Of a stretch of 64,000 nt of DNA, positions 18,853 to 28,014 are shown piece after piece. Made by a program: the position numbers and the translations under genes. This DNA comes from an uncultured Ruminococcus sp. (GTDB lineage Bacteria > Bacillota > Clostridia > Oscillospirales > CAG-382): the NCBI GenBank assembly GCA_964549435.1, contig CAZJVB010000006.1, positions 263 through 64,262 on the forward strand, given 5' to 3'. The number at the start of each line of letters is the position of its first letter. Within the stretch, counting starts at the first letter, position 1. A model generated the notes under the pieces. The model did not search any database, was not told where the DNA came from, and worked only from the letters and a program-made list of their open reading frames with translations.

Positions 18853-19896
18853 ATGCCGGATTTAAGGAAACGGTCCAGCTATGCTTATGCTTTGCCGGAG
18901 GAACTGATCGCGCAGACGCCGTCTGCGGAACGGGATCGGTGCCGTATGATGGTGGTGCATAAAAAGGACGGGGAGATCGAGGATCGGCTATTTTCGGATA
19001 TTACGGAGTATGTTCAGCCGGGAGATTGTCTGGTTATCAACGATACCCGTGTGATTCCGGCAAGAATTTTTGGGACGGCGGAGGGCAGAACCGGGGAGAT
19101 TGAAACGGTGCTGCTTTCTCGCGTGAAGGAGGAAAGCGGTGAAGTATGGCAGGCGCTGACCAGACCGGGCAAGAAAACGCGCGTTGGGCAGAAGCTATCT
19201 TATCCCTGTGGTCTGACCGGGGAAGTGCTCCGTGTGCTGGAGGACGGTGTCCGGGTGATCCGCTTTCAGTATGAGGGAGTTTTTCTGGAACTGCTGGAGA
19301 AAATCGGACTGATGCCGCTGCCTCCGTATATCAAGCGACGTCTGGAGGATAACGACCGTTACCAGACGGTATATGCCCGCACCAACGGTTCCGCTGCTGC
19401 GCCGACTGCGGGTCTGCATTTCACACCAGAATTGCTGGAAAAGTTACAGGGGAACGGAGTGGAGATTGTCCGCGTTCTACTGCATGTCGGGCTTGGAACC
19501 TTTCGTCCGGTGAAGGAGGACGATATCCTTGCGCATAAAATGCATGCGGAATATATCAAGGTTACGCCGGAGGCCGCGGAAGCTGTCAACCGTGTCAGGC
19601 AGCGCGGCGGCAGAGTTTTCGCGGTTGGCACGACCAGTGTCCGCACATTGGAATCTGTCACGGATGAAGATGGAGTGGCGCATCCGTTTGAGGGGGAGAC
19701 AGAAATTTTTCTGTATCCGGGAAAGCGATTCCATGCCGTGGATGCGCTGATCACCAATTTTCACTTGCCGGAAAGCACGTTGATTATGTTGGTTTCTGCT
19801 TTTGCAGGGTATGAAACTACGATGCATGCTTATCGGGTTGCCGTGGACAAGAAGTATCGGTTTTTCTCGTTCGGCGATGCAATGCTGATCCTGTAA
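18853..19896 (+). CDS. queA: S-adenosylmethionine:tRNA ribosyltransferase-isomerase
   Basis: YAYALPEELIAQTPSAERDRCRMMVV N-terminus and C-terminal FFSFGDAMLIL are typical of QueA. ATG 18853 has GGAG 9 nt upstream. In-frame ATGs at 18820 and 18832 are alternatives. Confidence 0.9.
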   Translation: MPDLRKRSSYAYALPEELIAQTPSAERDRCRMMVVHKKDGEIEDRLFSDITEYVQPGDCLVINDTRVIPARIFGTAEGRTGEIETVLLSRVKEESGEVWQALTRPGKKTRVGQKLSYPCGLTGEVLRVLEDGVRVIRFQYEGVFLELLEKIGLMPLPPYIKRRLEDNDRYQTVYARTNGSAAAPTAGLHFTPELLEKLQGNGVEIVRVLLHVGLGTFRPVKEDDILAHKMHAEYIKVTPEAAEAVNRVRQRGGRVFAVGTTSVRTLESVTDEDGVAHPFEGETEIFLYPGKRFHAVDALITNFHLPESTLIMLVSAFAGYETTMHAYRVAVDKKYRFFSFGDAMLIL

Positions 19897-20103
19897 AGGA
19901 TTGAACAAATTGTGAACAACACTGAAAAGTAATTTTTAAGGATGAAAATTACCGAAAGGTATACATCCTGCGTCCCGTAAATTTGGGGGATGTGATGCTG
20001 ATTCTGTAAGGAATGGGATAAATGGTTTACGAAGCGTGCTTATGCTTTACGGGAACGAAACCGTTTTTTGCAAATTTTCATACAGGAGGGCGGTTAGATG
20101 ATC

Positions 20104-20132
20104 TTGCAATCCGAGGGAAACTGTGCTATAAT
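20104..20132 (+). promoter_or_regulatory. sigma-A-like promoter for miaA
   Basis: TTGCAA (20104-20109)-17 nt-TATAAT (20127-20132), about 30 nt upstream of the miaA start. Confidence 0.5.
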
Positions 20133-20161
20133 AATAAGGAAAAATCATAGGATGAAAAGTT

Positions 20162-21058
20162 GTGCTTGATATGGCGGAGGTTCAAAAAATCCCGGTCTAT
20201 GCGGTTGTGGGACCTACTGCGGCGGGAAAAAGCGCATATGCTGTCCGTTTGGCGAAGCATTTGGACGGGGAAATTGTCAGCGGGGATTCCATGCAGCTGT
20301 ACCGTGGAATGAATATCGGCACGGCAAAGGCTACCGCAGAGGAACAGTGCGGTGTTCCGCATCATCTTTTGGATATCGCGGACATTTCCGAGCCGTTTTC
20401 CGCAGGTAAGTTTCTTTCACTTGCTTCCGAGGCGATCCGGGAAATTCATTCCCGCGGAAAGATGCCGATTCTTTGCGGTGGGACCGGGCTGTATGTGGAG
20501 TTGCTTTTGACCGGGCGGAAATTGACGGCAACCGCCTCCGATCCCGTACTGCGCGAGCAATTATTCTGCTATGCGCAGGAATTTGGCAGGGAGGCGCTGC
20601 ATGAACGACTGCGCCGGCTGGATCCGGAAGCCGCCTGTGCGATCCACCCCAACAATGTCAAGCGGGTGGTACGTGCGATTGAAATCTGCGAAACTACCGG
20701 CGTGACCAAAAGCGAGGCGGACCGTCGGAGCGGAGAGGGGGAGAATCCGTTTCTGCCCACCGTGATACGGCTGACCTGTCCGGACCGCGCTTCCCTTTAT
20801 GAGCGGATTGACAGACGGGTGGAACAGATGCTTGCAAGGGGACTGGAGGAGGAGGTCCGGTCGCTTTGCGCAAACGGGCTGCGACAGACGCCGACCGCTT
20901 CGCAGGCGATTGGATATAAAGAGTTTTACCCGTATTTTGACGGGGTGTCCTCTCTTGCAGAGGTGAAAATGGAAATTTGCCGAAATACCAGAAGGTATGC
21001 AAAGCGGCAGGAAACATGGTTTTCCCGCATGCACGCGGACGAGGTGGTCTGCGTCTGA
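20162..21058 (+). CDS. miaA: tRNA dimethylallyltransferase
   Basis: P-loop VVGPTAAGKS, then SGDSMQLYRGMNIGTAKAT. GTG start at 20162 (AGGATGA upstream), or ATG at 20171. Confidence 0.92.
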   Translation: MLDMAEVQKIPVYAVVGPTAAGKSAYAVRLAKHLDGEIVSGDSMQLYRGMNIGTAKATAEEQCGVPHHLLDIADISEPFSAGKFLSLASEAIREIHSRGKMPILCGGTGLYVELLLTGRKLTATASDPVLREQLFCYAQEFGREALHERLRRLDPEAACAIHPNNVKRVVRAIEICETTGVTKSEADRRSGEGENPFLPTVIRLTCPDRASLYERIDRRVEQMLARGLEEEVRSLCANGLRQTPTASQAIGYKEFYPYFDGVSSLAEVKMEICRNTRRYAKRQETWFSRMHADEVVCV

Positions 21059-21106
21059 CGGGAGCAGAAAGCGCCGAACGGAAGGGGTTGATACGCAGCT
21101 GTGAGC

Positions 21107-22381
21107 ATGAAACGGAGTATCAGAAAATTTTTTGCACAATTCGGTTCTGCTGTGATATTGATCGGTCTGTGCGCCTACCTGATTTTACAGCTGACTTTGG
21201 GGATCGGCGAAGTTGTGGATGTGGAGCATACCACTTATGTCAGCGTACAGGATACGATCCGGCTGGAGGCGTATATATTCCGGGAGGAAACACCGCTCTA
21301 CAGCGGCAGCTCGGGAACGAACTGCTTTCTGGTAGAGGACGGTGAGCGGGTTGCCAAGGGCGCGGAAGTGGCTGTTACGTATTCCGAAGAGACGGATGCG
21401 ACCGTACAGGATAAGATTACGCAGATTGATCGTATGATCCGGATTTTGGAGCAATCCAATCTTTCGGACGGAGCCCTGATCACAGATCTTTCTATTTTGG
21501 ATCAGCAGATCGGTGAATTGACGGTCGAGCTGCTCCGGGAGATCGCAGATGATGACCTTGCCAAGGCAGTCCGCGGTGAAGAAAATTTGTGGATTCAGAT
21601 GAATCGGCGACAGGCACTGCTGAGTACCGAGAGCGGTGTGTATACCGCGCAGCTCAATTTGCTGCGGCAGGAAAAAGCGGATTTGGAGCGCTCCCTTTCC
21701 GGTGCTTCCGTGCAGGTCAGTACGCCGGGGGCGGGATATTTTTATTATGCGGTGGACGGATATGAAACCATATTTACCATGAGCGCTTTGGAGAACCTTA
21801 CGGTGGAGAGCTTTTTGGAGTTGGAGCATGCAGCTTCCGATGCCCACGTGCTGCAGGACGCTTGCGGGAAATTGGTGAGCTCCTCGCAGTGGTATGTCGC
21901 TGCGGCGACGGACAAGCGGACGGCGAGCGCATATCAGGAGGGAAGCTCTTATGAAATGCTGTTTCCTTATTCGGCCGGTATCCAGCTTTCTGTTACGCTG
22001 GAGCATAAGATTATGCAGACGGATCTGGATACCGTTGTGTTGGTTTTCAGCTCGCGCGCACTGCCCGACGGCTTTGATTTCTCTCGCAGCCAGTCGGTGC
22101 AGCTGGTTTCCGGCACCTATGCCGGGATCCGTGTCAGCGCCTCCGCGCTGCGTATATTGGACGGTGAGGTGGGCTGCTATGTACTGGATGGAACGCGCGT
22201 GGTGTTCAAAAAGGCAGATATTCTTTACCGCAATGAGGAATTTGCCGTCTGCAATGTGCCGTATGACAGCGTGCGGGAGAACCGGGAGAATAAAGCGTAT
22301 ATTTCCGATATCTACCTCTCTTTGTATGATACGGTGATTGTATCGGGAACTGATTTATATGTCGGAAAGGTTTTACTGTAA
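21107..22381 (+). CDS. HlyD/membrane-fusion-protein-like protein (N-terminal TM, coiled coil, beta-barrel), no adjacent transporter
   Basis: About 424 aa. TM segment AVILIGLCAYLILQL, lipoyl-like LVEDGERVAKGAEVAV, and a long heptad-like middle region. Start at ATG 21107 or GTG 21101. Confidence 0.6.
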   Translation: MKRSIRKFFAQFGSAVILIGLCAYLILQLTLGIGEVVDVEHTTYVSVQDTIRLEAYIFREETPLYSGSSGTNCFLVEDGERVAKGAEVAVTYSEETDATVQDKITQIDRMIRILEQSNLSDGALITDLSILDQQIGELTVELLREIADDDLAKAVRGEENLWIQMNRRQALLSTESGVYTAQLNLLRQEKADLERSLSGASVQVSTPGAGYFYYAVDGYETIFTMSALENLTVESFLELEHAASDAHVLQDACGKLVSSSQWYVAAATDKRTASAYQEGSSYEMLFPYSAGIQLSVTLEHKIMQTDLDTVVLVFSSRALPDGFDFSRSQSVQLVSGTYAGIRVSASALRILDGEVGCYVLDGTRVVFKKADILYRNEEFAVCNVPYDSVRENRENKAYISDIYLSLYDTVIVSGTDLYVGKVLL

Positions 22382-22394
22382 GGAGAGAACTGCA

Positions 22395-23090
22395 TTGCAT
22401 ACGAAAGAAGAGATCAGGCAAAATACAGAACGCATTCTGGCGGAGCTGGGCGGCCGTGCGAGGCTTTTGGCTGCAACTAAGACGGTGCCGCCGGAGCTGA
22501 TCAATTACGCAGCGGATTGCGGTGTGAACCTTATCGGAGAGAATCGCGTGGGGGAGTTGCTGGAAAAATATGAGTTTCTGGACAGAGCAAAGTTGGAAAT
22601 CCATTTTATCGGTCATCTGCAATCCAATAAGGTGAAGTATATCATCGATAAGGTATCCATGATCCATTCGGTGGACAGCCTGTCACTGGCGAAGGAAATC
22701 GAAAAGCAGGCGGCAAAGCGAGCGCTTATCATGCCGGTGCTGATTGAGGTGAATATTGCCGGAGAAGAAAGCAAGTCGGGTATCCGGCTGGAGGAAACCG
22801 ATGCGTTTCTGGAAAATCTGGAGGCGCTTCCTCATCTATCCGTGCGCGGTTTGATGACCATCCCGCCGAAAACGGCATGTCCGGAAGAAAATCTGCAATT
22901 TTTTCAAAAAATCTATCAAAAATTCATTGACATTCGGACCAAAAAAGAAGATAATAGGAATTGGACAGTTTTATCCGCCGGAATGAGCGGGGATTACCTT
23001 TGCGCAGTGAACTGCGGTGCGAATCTTGTCCGGATCGGAAGTGCGATCTTCGGCGCGCGACCTCCGCTGAAGAATGCCGGAGAAGGCTGA
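22395..23090 (+). CDS. yggS: YggS/YlmE family pyridoxal-phosphate-binding protein
   Basis: LLAATKTVP (PLP lysine), GENRVGEL, HFIGHLQSNK and MSGDY motifs. Probable TTG start at 22395, 8 nt after AGGAGAG. In-frame upstream starts overlap the preceding gene. Confidence 0.85.
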   Translation: MHTKEEIRQNTERILAELGGRARLLAATKTVPPELINYAADCGVNLIGENRVGELLEKYEFLDRAKLEIHFIGHLQSNKVKYIIDKVSMIHSVDSLSLAKEIEKQAAKRALIMPVLIEVNIAGEESKSGIRLEETDAFLENLEALPHLSVRGLMTIPPKTACPEENLQFFQKIYQKFIDIRTKKEDNRNWTVLSAGMSGDYLCAVNCGANLVRIGSAIFGARPPLKNAGEG

Positions 23091-23136
23091 ATTTCGAAAA
23101 AGAAGGAAAACGATAAAAACGATACGGAGGCATATC

Positions 23137-23580
23137 ATGGGATTTTTAGGACGCATCAACGAGATGTTTAAGGACAACGACAATTATATCGACGAGGAAG
23201 AGGAAAGCTTCGCGGCGGGTGAGGAAGAAACGGTTGAGGAGTTCGAGCAGAAGGCTGCGCCCACGCCCGCGCCCAAGACAACCGGCGTCGGCTCTTCCGC
23301 AGCGCTGGAAATGAAGGTTGTCAAGCCGGACCGCATCGATTCTGCGTTTGGCATTGGAGAGCATTTGCTTGCCAAGAGAACCGTTGTTATCAATTTTGAA
23401 GAGACCAATAAGGAAACCGTTCGCCGGATTTTGGATTTTCTCGGCGGCGTCGTCTTTGCCATTGAAGGCAATATCAAGAAGGTTTCGGACTCCACATATA
23501 TCGTGACTCCCAAGAATGTGGACGTTACGGCGGATGCCGTTCCGCAGCCGGAGACGTCGAAAGCCAGAGAACTCTTCTGA
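23137..23580 (+). CDS. sepF: cell division protein SepF
   Basis: MGFLGRINEMFKD start at ATG 23137 behind ACGGAGG. Acidic linker, then a conserved C-terminal SepF domain (VVINFEETNKETVRRILDFLGGVVFAIEGNI). Confidence 0.9.
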   Translation: MGFLGRINEMFKDNDNYIDEEEESFAAGEEETVEEFEQKAAPTPAPKTTGVGSSAALEMKVVKPDRIDSAFGIGEHLLAKRTVVINFEETNKETVRRILDFLGGVVFAIEGNIKKVSDSTYIVTPKNVDVTADAVPQPETSKARELF

Positions 23581-23605
23581 TTTTCCTAAGGAAAAGAGAC
23601 CTGCA

Positions 23606-23881
23606 TTGGAATTGTTGATCGAAGTCATTGAGTTTGCCGTTCTGTTGTTTCTGAAATTGCTCGGCTATGTAATCCTGGCGCGCTGTATTCTTTCGTTTTT
23701 TGCGTCTGAGGATTCCAAGGTGATGGAATTTTGCTATGCGGTGTCGGAGCCGGTGGTTGCCCCGGTCCGGAATCTTCTGGACCGGATTCCCTCTTTAGGA
23801 GGTTCCGGTATTGATTTTTCCTATATGGTAACATTTCTGATCCTGACGATACTCGAAACGATCCTGCTGTCCGTGACCTGA
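23606..23881 (+). CDS. yggT: YggT/YlmG family membrane protein
   Basis: About 91 aa, two TM segments, conserved position after sepF. No ATG lies downstream of the sepF stop. TTG 23606 preceded by AAGGAAAAGAG. Confidence 0.75.
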   Translation: MELLIEVIEFAVLLFLKLLGYVILARCILSFFASEDSKVMEFCYAVSEPVVAPVRNLLDRIPSLGGSGIDFSYMVTFLILTILETILLSVT

Positions 23882-23956
23882 AAAAACGGGAAAACGGAGA
23901 GCAGGCTTTGTCATGCAAAGATGCTGCTCAAAAATTACTGGAAAGGACTCCTATAT

Positions 23957-24682
23957 ATGCTTGCACCACATGAGTTGAAAAACAAAGCGTTCTCCAAATC
24001 CCTGAAGGGTTATAACCCTGCGGAGGTGGACGAATATATTGAGTTTCTGATCGGGAAGTACGCCGAGGCGTACCGAGAAAACAATGAGCTGGAGCGTAAG
24101 CTGCATGTCGTTGTGACCAACCTTGACGAGATTAAGGACGAGGAGGAATCCATCCGCAGCACGTTGCTTTCCGCGCAGAAAATGGCGGAAAAGATCGTCA
24201 AGGATGCTTCTGACCGTGCGGATGTCATCACCGGTGCGATCAAAGAACGCTGTGACGCGGTCATTGCTGAATTCAAGGAGCAGTTGAAAGCGGAAAAGGA
24301 GGAAATGTGGGAGCTTCGCACCCGTGTTGTGGATTTCAAAAAACAGCTGTTTGATCTTTACCGCGGTCATATCGAGGCATTAAAGGATGTTTCTGTAAAC
24401 GAAATTGACGAGATCGTTTTACCAGATGAAAACACGGTGGTCGCTCGTATTTTCACGGATGTGAAGCAGGGAATTGAAGAAAATGCCGGTCAGGTCGCCG
24501 CCGCGAAGAAGGATGAGCTGGCGGAGAAGAAAACGGAGCTTTTAGAGGAGCTTCCGGAGACCGCTCCGGAACCGTCCGCCCCTGCTCCGGAGTTGACGGG
24601 AGAGGCGCGTGAGGCGGAGGATGAATATCTGCGGTTTATGATGGAGAACAGCGCGCCGGAGCAGCCGGAAACTCAAAACTGA
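23957..24682 (+). CDS. divIVA: DivIVA domain-containing cell division protein
   Basis: MLAPHELKNKAFSKSLKGYNPAEVDEYIEFL is the canonical DivIVA N-terminus. Coiled-coil middle and acidic C-terminus. ATG 23957 behind GAAAGGA. Confidence 0.9.
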   Translation: MLAPHELKNKAFSKSLKGYNPAEVDEYIEFLIGKYAEAYRENNELERKLHVVVTNLDEIKDEEESIRSTLLSAQKMAEKIVKDASDRADVITGAIKERCDAVIAEFKEQLKAEKEEMWELRTRVVDFKKQLFDLYRGHIEALKDVSVNEIDEIVLPDENTVVARIFTDVKQGIEENAGQVAAAKKDELAEKKTELLEELPETAPEPSAPAPELTGEAREAEDEYLRFMMENSAPEQPETQN

Positions 24683-24697
24683 GAAAGGAATCTTCAC

Positions 24698-27505
24698 ATG
24701 AAAGATTATAAAGATACCCTGAATCTTCCCGCAACGGCATTTCCGATGCGGGGAAATTTACCGGCAAGGGAGCCGGAGATCAAGGCGCGCTGGGATGAAA
24801 TTGATCTCTATGCCAGAATGCTGGAGACCAACGAGGGACAGCCCTCCTTTGTTCTGCACGACGGTCCTCCTTTTTCCAACGGTAATATCCATATGGGCAC
24901 CGCGATGAATAAGGTGCTGAAGGACTTTATCAATAAATCCAAGTCCATGGAGGGCTTCCGTACACCATATATTCCTGGCTGGGATAACCACGGCATGCCG
25001 ATTGAAAGCGCGATCATCAAGCAGTCCAAGCTGGACCGTAAGCGCATGTCCGTACCGGAGTTCCGCTCCGCTTGCCGCAATTTCGCCATGAAGTTTGTAG
25101 AGCTGCAGAAAGCATCTTTTGAGCGCTTGGGCGTGGTTGGTGATTGGAAGCACCCGTATTTGACCATGAATCCTTCCTTTGAAGCAAAGGAAGTGCAAGT
25201 TTTCGGCAAGATGTACGCAAACGGCTATATCTATAAGGGATTGAAGCCGGTATACTGGTGTGCGCATGACGAGACCGCGCTTGCGGAGGCAGAGATTGAA
25301 TATATGGATGCCCCCTGTACTTCCATTTATGTTAAATTCCGTGTATCGGATGACAAGGGGCTTCTAAAGGAGAAATATGACCTCAGCAAAACGTATTTTG
25401 TCATCTGGACAACCACGCCGTGGACGCTTCCGGGCAATGTTGCTATCGCCGTGCATCCGCGCGAATCTTATTGTCTTGTGAAGGTTGGCGGGGAATTTTA
25501 CATCCTTGCGGAAGCCTTGGTGCGTGATACGATGTCCGCAGCCGGTATTGAAGAATATGAAGTGGTAGAGACCGGTTTTTCCGGGCAGGAGCTCGAATAT
25601 ATGACGGCGCGTCATCCGTTTTTGGAGCGCGACAGTTTGCTTTGCTGCGCAGATTACGTCACGATGGACAGCGGCACCGGCTGCGTGCATACCGCGCCGG
25701 GGTACGGCGCAGAGGACTATCAGACCGGCATGAAATATCATTTGGAGATTTTGGTGCCCGTGGATGATAAGGGATATCAGGGGGAAGCCGCAGGAAAGTT
25801 CGCCGGACTGCGCTATGATGAATCCAACGCAGCGATTTTGGCAGATATGAAGGAGAGCGGCGCGCTGCTTGCTTCCCGTGAGATCATTCACCCGTATCCG
25901 CATTGCTGGAGATGCAAGCAACCGATCATCTTCCGTGCTACGCCGCAGTGGTTCTGTTCCGTTGAAGCATTCCGCGAGCAAGCGGTCAAGGCGTGTGATG
26001 AGGTTACATGGATGCCTTCCTGGGGGAAGGAACGCATGGTTTCCATGATCAATGAGCGCGCGGATTGGTGTATCTCCCGCCAGCGTCATTGGGGACTTCC
26101 GATACCGGTCTTTTACTGCAAGGATTGCGGAAAGCCGATTTGTAATGAAACAACGGTTGAGCGCATCTCGACACTGTTTGCTCAGGACGGTTCCAATGTT
26201 TGGTTTGACCGGACGGCAGAGGAGTTACTGCCGGAGGGCTTTCTCTGTCCGTATTGCGGCGGCAAATATTTTGAGAAAGAAACGGATACGCTGGACGGCT
26301 GGTTCGATTCCGGCTCCACGCATTTCGATGTGCTGGACGGTCGTGACGGGTTGTCCCGTCCTGCGGATCTTTATCTGGAGGGAGGCGATCAATATCGGGG
26401 CTGGTTCCAATCCTCCCTTTTGACGTCGATCGGATCCGGTATCGGTCATGCGCCGTATCGGGCAGTTCTGACGCATGGCTGGACCGTGGACGGCGAAGGG
26501 AAAGCGATGCATAAATCGTTGGGGAACTCCGTTGCGCCGGAATCTATCATTCAGGTATATGGTGCGGATATCCTGCGACTGTGGGTGGCATCCAGCGATT
26601 ACCGCGTGGATGTTCGCTGCTCGGATGCGATCTTTAAGCAGCTGGCGGAGAGCTACCGTAAAATCCGTAATACCTGTCGTATTCTGCTTGCCAATCTCGG
26701 CACGCCGGAAGCTGATTTTGATCCCAAGCGGGATCTGCTTCCGGTAGAGCAGCTGGCGGAAATAGATCGCTGGGCGCTTTCCCGCCTGAACGGTTTGGTT
26801 CAAAGCGCGCGGGAAGCGTATGACCGTTATGAATTCCATGTCATCTGTCACGATGTTCTGAACTTCTGTTCGATCGATATGTCCAAGCTATATATTGATA
26901 TCACCAAGGATCGGCTTTACTGCAACCGCAAGGATGCGCCGGAGCGCCGGAGCGCGCAGACGGCGATGTATCTGATCGTCAAAGCTTTAGCCAAGCTGCT
27001 TGCACCGATTCTTTCCTATACAGCAGAGGAGCTCTGGAGCTATTTCAGCCTGACGGAGGAGGACAACGCGGTGTCGGTGTTCTGTAACCCGCTGCCTGTG
27101 GTACGTGCCGATTTCTCTTTCCCGAAGGTGGAAGCTAAGTATGAAGGGCTGTTCCATTACCGCGATGATGTGATGAAGGCGTTGGAGATCGCCCGTGCCG
27201 CCAAGGTGATCGGCAAGTCACTGGAAGCGAAGGTGACCATTTACGGATCTCCGGAAAATGAGGCGATGCAGCTTTTCGCCGCACATGCCGACGAGCTGGA
27301 GGAGATTTTTATTGTCAGCCGGGTAGAGCTGTCTTCCGCGCAGGCGCCGGAAACGGCGTTCCATGAGACGGAAAGCGGCGTTTCCGTGCAGGTAGAGGTT
27401 GCCGACGGGAAAAAATGTGTTCGCTGCTGGGCGTACCGCGATGACTGCGAGCCGGATAGCGAAGGGCAATGCCTTTGCAGTCGCTGCCGGAAAGCCGTAT
27501 GCTGA
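24698..27505 (+). CDS. ileS: isoleucine--tRNA ligase
   Basis: 935 aa. HIGH-type PFSNGNIHMGTAMNK, KMSKS-type GKAMHKSLGN, and a C-terminal zinc-finger CVRCW...CLCSRC. Confidence 0.96.
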   Translation: MKDYKDTLNLPATAFPMRGNLPAREPEIKARWDEIDLYARMLETNEGQPSFVLHDGPPFSNGNIHMGTAMNKVLKDFINKSKSMEGFRTPYIPGWDNHGMPIESAIIKQSKLDRKRMSVPEFRSACRNFAMKFVELQKASFERLGVVGDWKHPYLTMNPSFEAKEVQVFGKMYANGYIYKGLKPVYWCAHDETALAEAEIEYMDAPCTSIYVKFRVSDDKGLLKEKYDLSKTYFVIWTTTPWTLPGNVAIAVHPRESYCLVKVGGEFYILAEALVRDTMSAAGIEEYEVVETGFSGQELEYMTARHPFLERDSLLCCADYVTMDSGTGCVHTAPGYGAEDYQTGMKYHLEILVPVDDKGYQGEAAGKFAGLRYDESNAAILADMKESGALLASREIIHPYPHCWRCKQPIIFRATPQWFCSVEAFREQAVKACDEVTWMPSWGKERMVSMINERADWCISRQRHWGLPIPVFYCKDCGKPICNETTVERISTLFAQDGSNVWFDRTAEELLPEGFLCPYCGGKYFEKETDTLDGWFDSGSTHFDVLDGRDGLSRPADLYLEGGDQYRGWFQSSLLTSIGSGIGHAPYRAVLTHGWTVDGEGKAMHKSLGNSVAPESIIQVYGADILRLWVASSDYRVDVRCSDAIFKQLAESYRKIRNTCRILLANLGTPEADFDPKRDLLPVEQLAEIDRWALSRLNGLVQSAREAYDRYEFHVICHDVLNFCSIDMSKLYIDITKDRLYCNRKDAPERRSAQTAMYLIVKALAKLLAPILSYTAEELWSYFSLTEEDNAVSVFCNPLPVVRADFSFPKVEAKYEGLFHYRDDVMKALEIARAAKVIGKSLEAKVTIYGSPENEAMQLFAAHADELEEIFIVSRVELSSAQAPETAFHETESGVSVQVEVADGKKCVRCWAYRDDCEPDSEGQCLCSRCRKAVC

Positions 27506-28014
27506 TTGTTGTTCTTGCGATCGTATTCGGATCGGTCGCGCTGGATCAGATTACCAAAGCGATTGTCGTTTCGCATATGACGCTGCATCAAGAGGTTCCG
27601 TTTTTACCGGGATTTATGCGCTTCTATTATACAGAGAATTCCGGCGCGGCGTTCAGTATGCTTTCGGAGCATCCTTGGGTGTTTATGGTGTTTTCTGTGA
27701 TTGCGATGGCGGTCATTGTTTACTTGCTGTTCCGTTTTTACCGTCGTCATCCGCTGCTGGCAGTTTCGCTGGCAATGGTGCTGGGAGGAGGCATCGGCAA
27801 CATGATCGATCGCGTGCTGAACGGCTATGTGGTGGATTTTCTTGATTTCCAGTTTGTCCATTTTGCCGTGTTTAATGTGGCGGATATCTTTGTGACCTGC
27901 GGATCGATTGCGCTCGCCGTCTATATCATTGCCGTGGAACCCCGTTTGGAAAAGCGGAAGAAGGATGCGGCGGAGGATCCTGCTCATGACGGAAACCATC
28001 CGGATCAGACCTGA
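27499..28014 (+). CDS. lspA: lipoprotein signal peptidase II
   Basis: Start MLIVVLAIVFG at ATG 27499, overlapping the ileS stop. NSGAAFS and VDFLDF...FNVAD catalytic-Asp motifs. Confidence 0.92.
   Translation: MLIVVLAIVFGSVALDQITKAIVVSHMTLHQEVPFLPGFMRFYYTENSGAAFSMLSEHPWVFMVFSVIAMAVIVYLLFRFYRRHPLLAVSLAMVLGGGIGNMIDRVLNGYVVDFLDFQFVHFAVFNVADIFVTCGSIALAVYIIAVEPRLEKRKKDAAEDPAHDGNHPDQT

Noticed and set aside
19957-19971. Identical 15-mer AGGTATACATCCTGC in two intergenic regions (19957-19971 and 43719-43733).
   Set aside because: In a 64-kb window about two exact 15-mer coincidences are expected by chance (N^2/2 divided by 4^15). The flanks show no further similarity.
21185-22006. 273-aa ORF antisense to the HlyD-like gene.
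   Set aside because: This is a shadow ORF with R/L/H-rich composition. The plus-strand protein has coherent TM, coiled-coil and barrel architecture.
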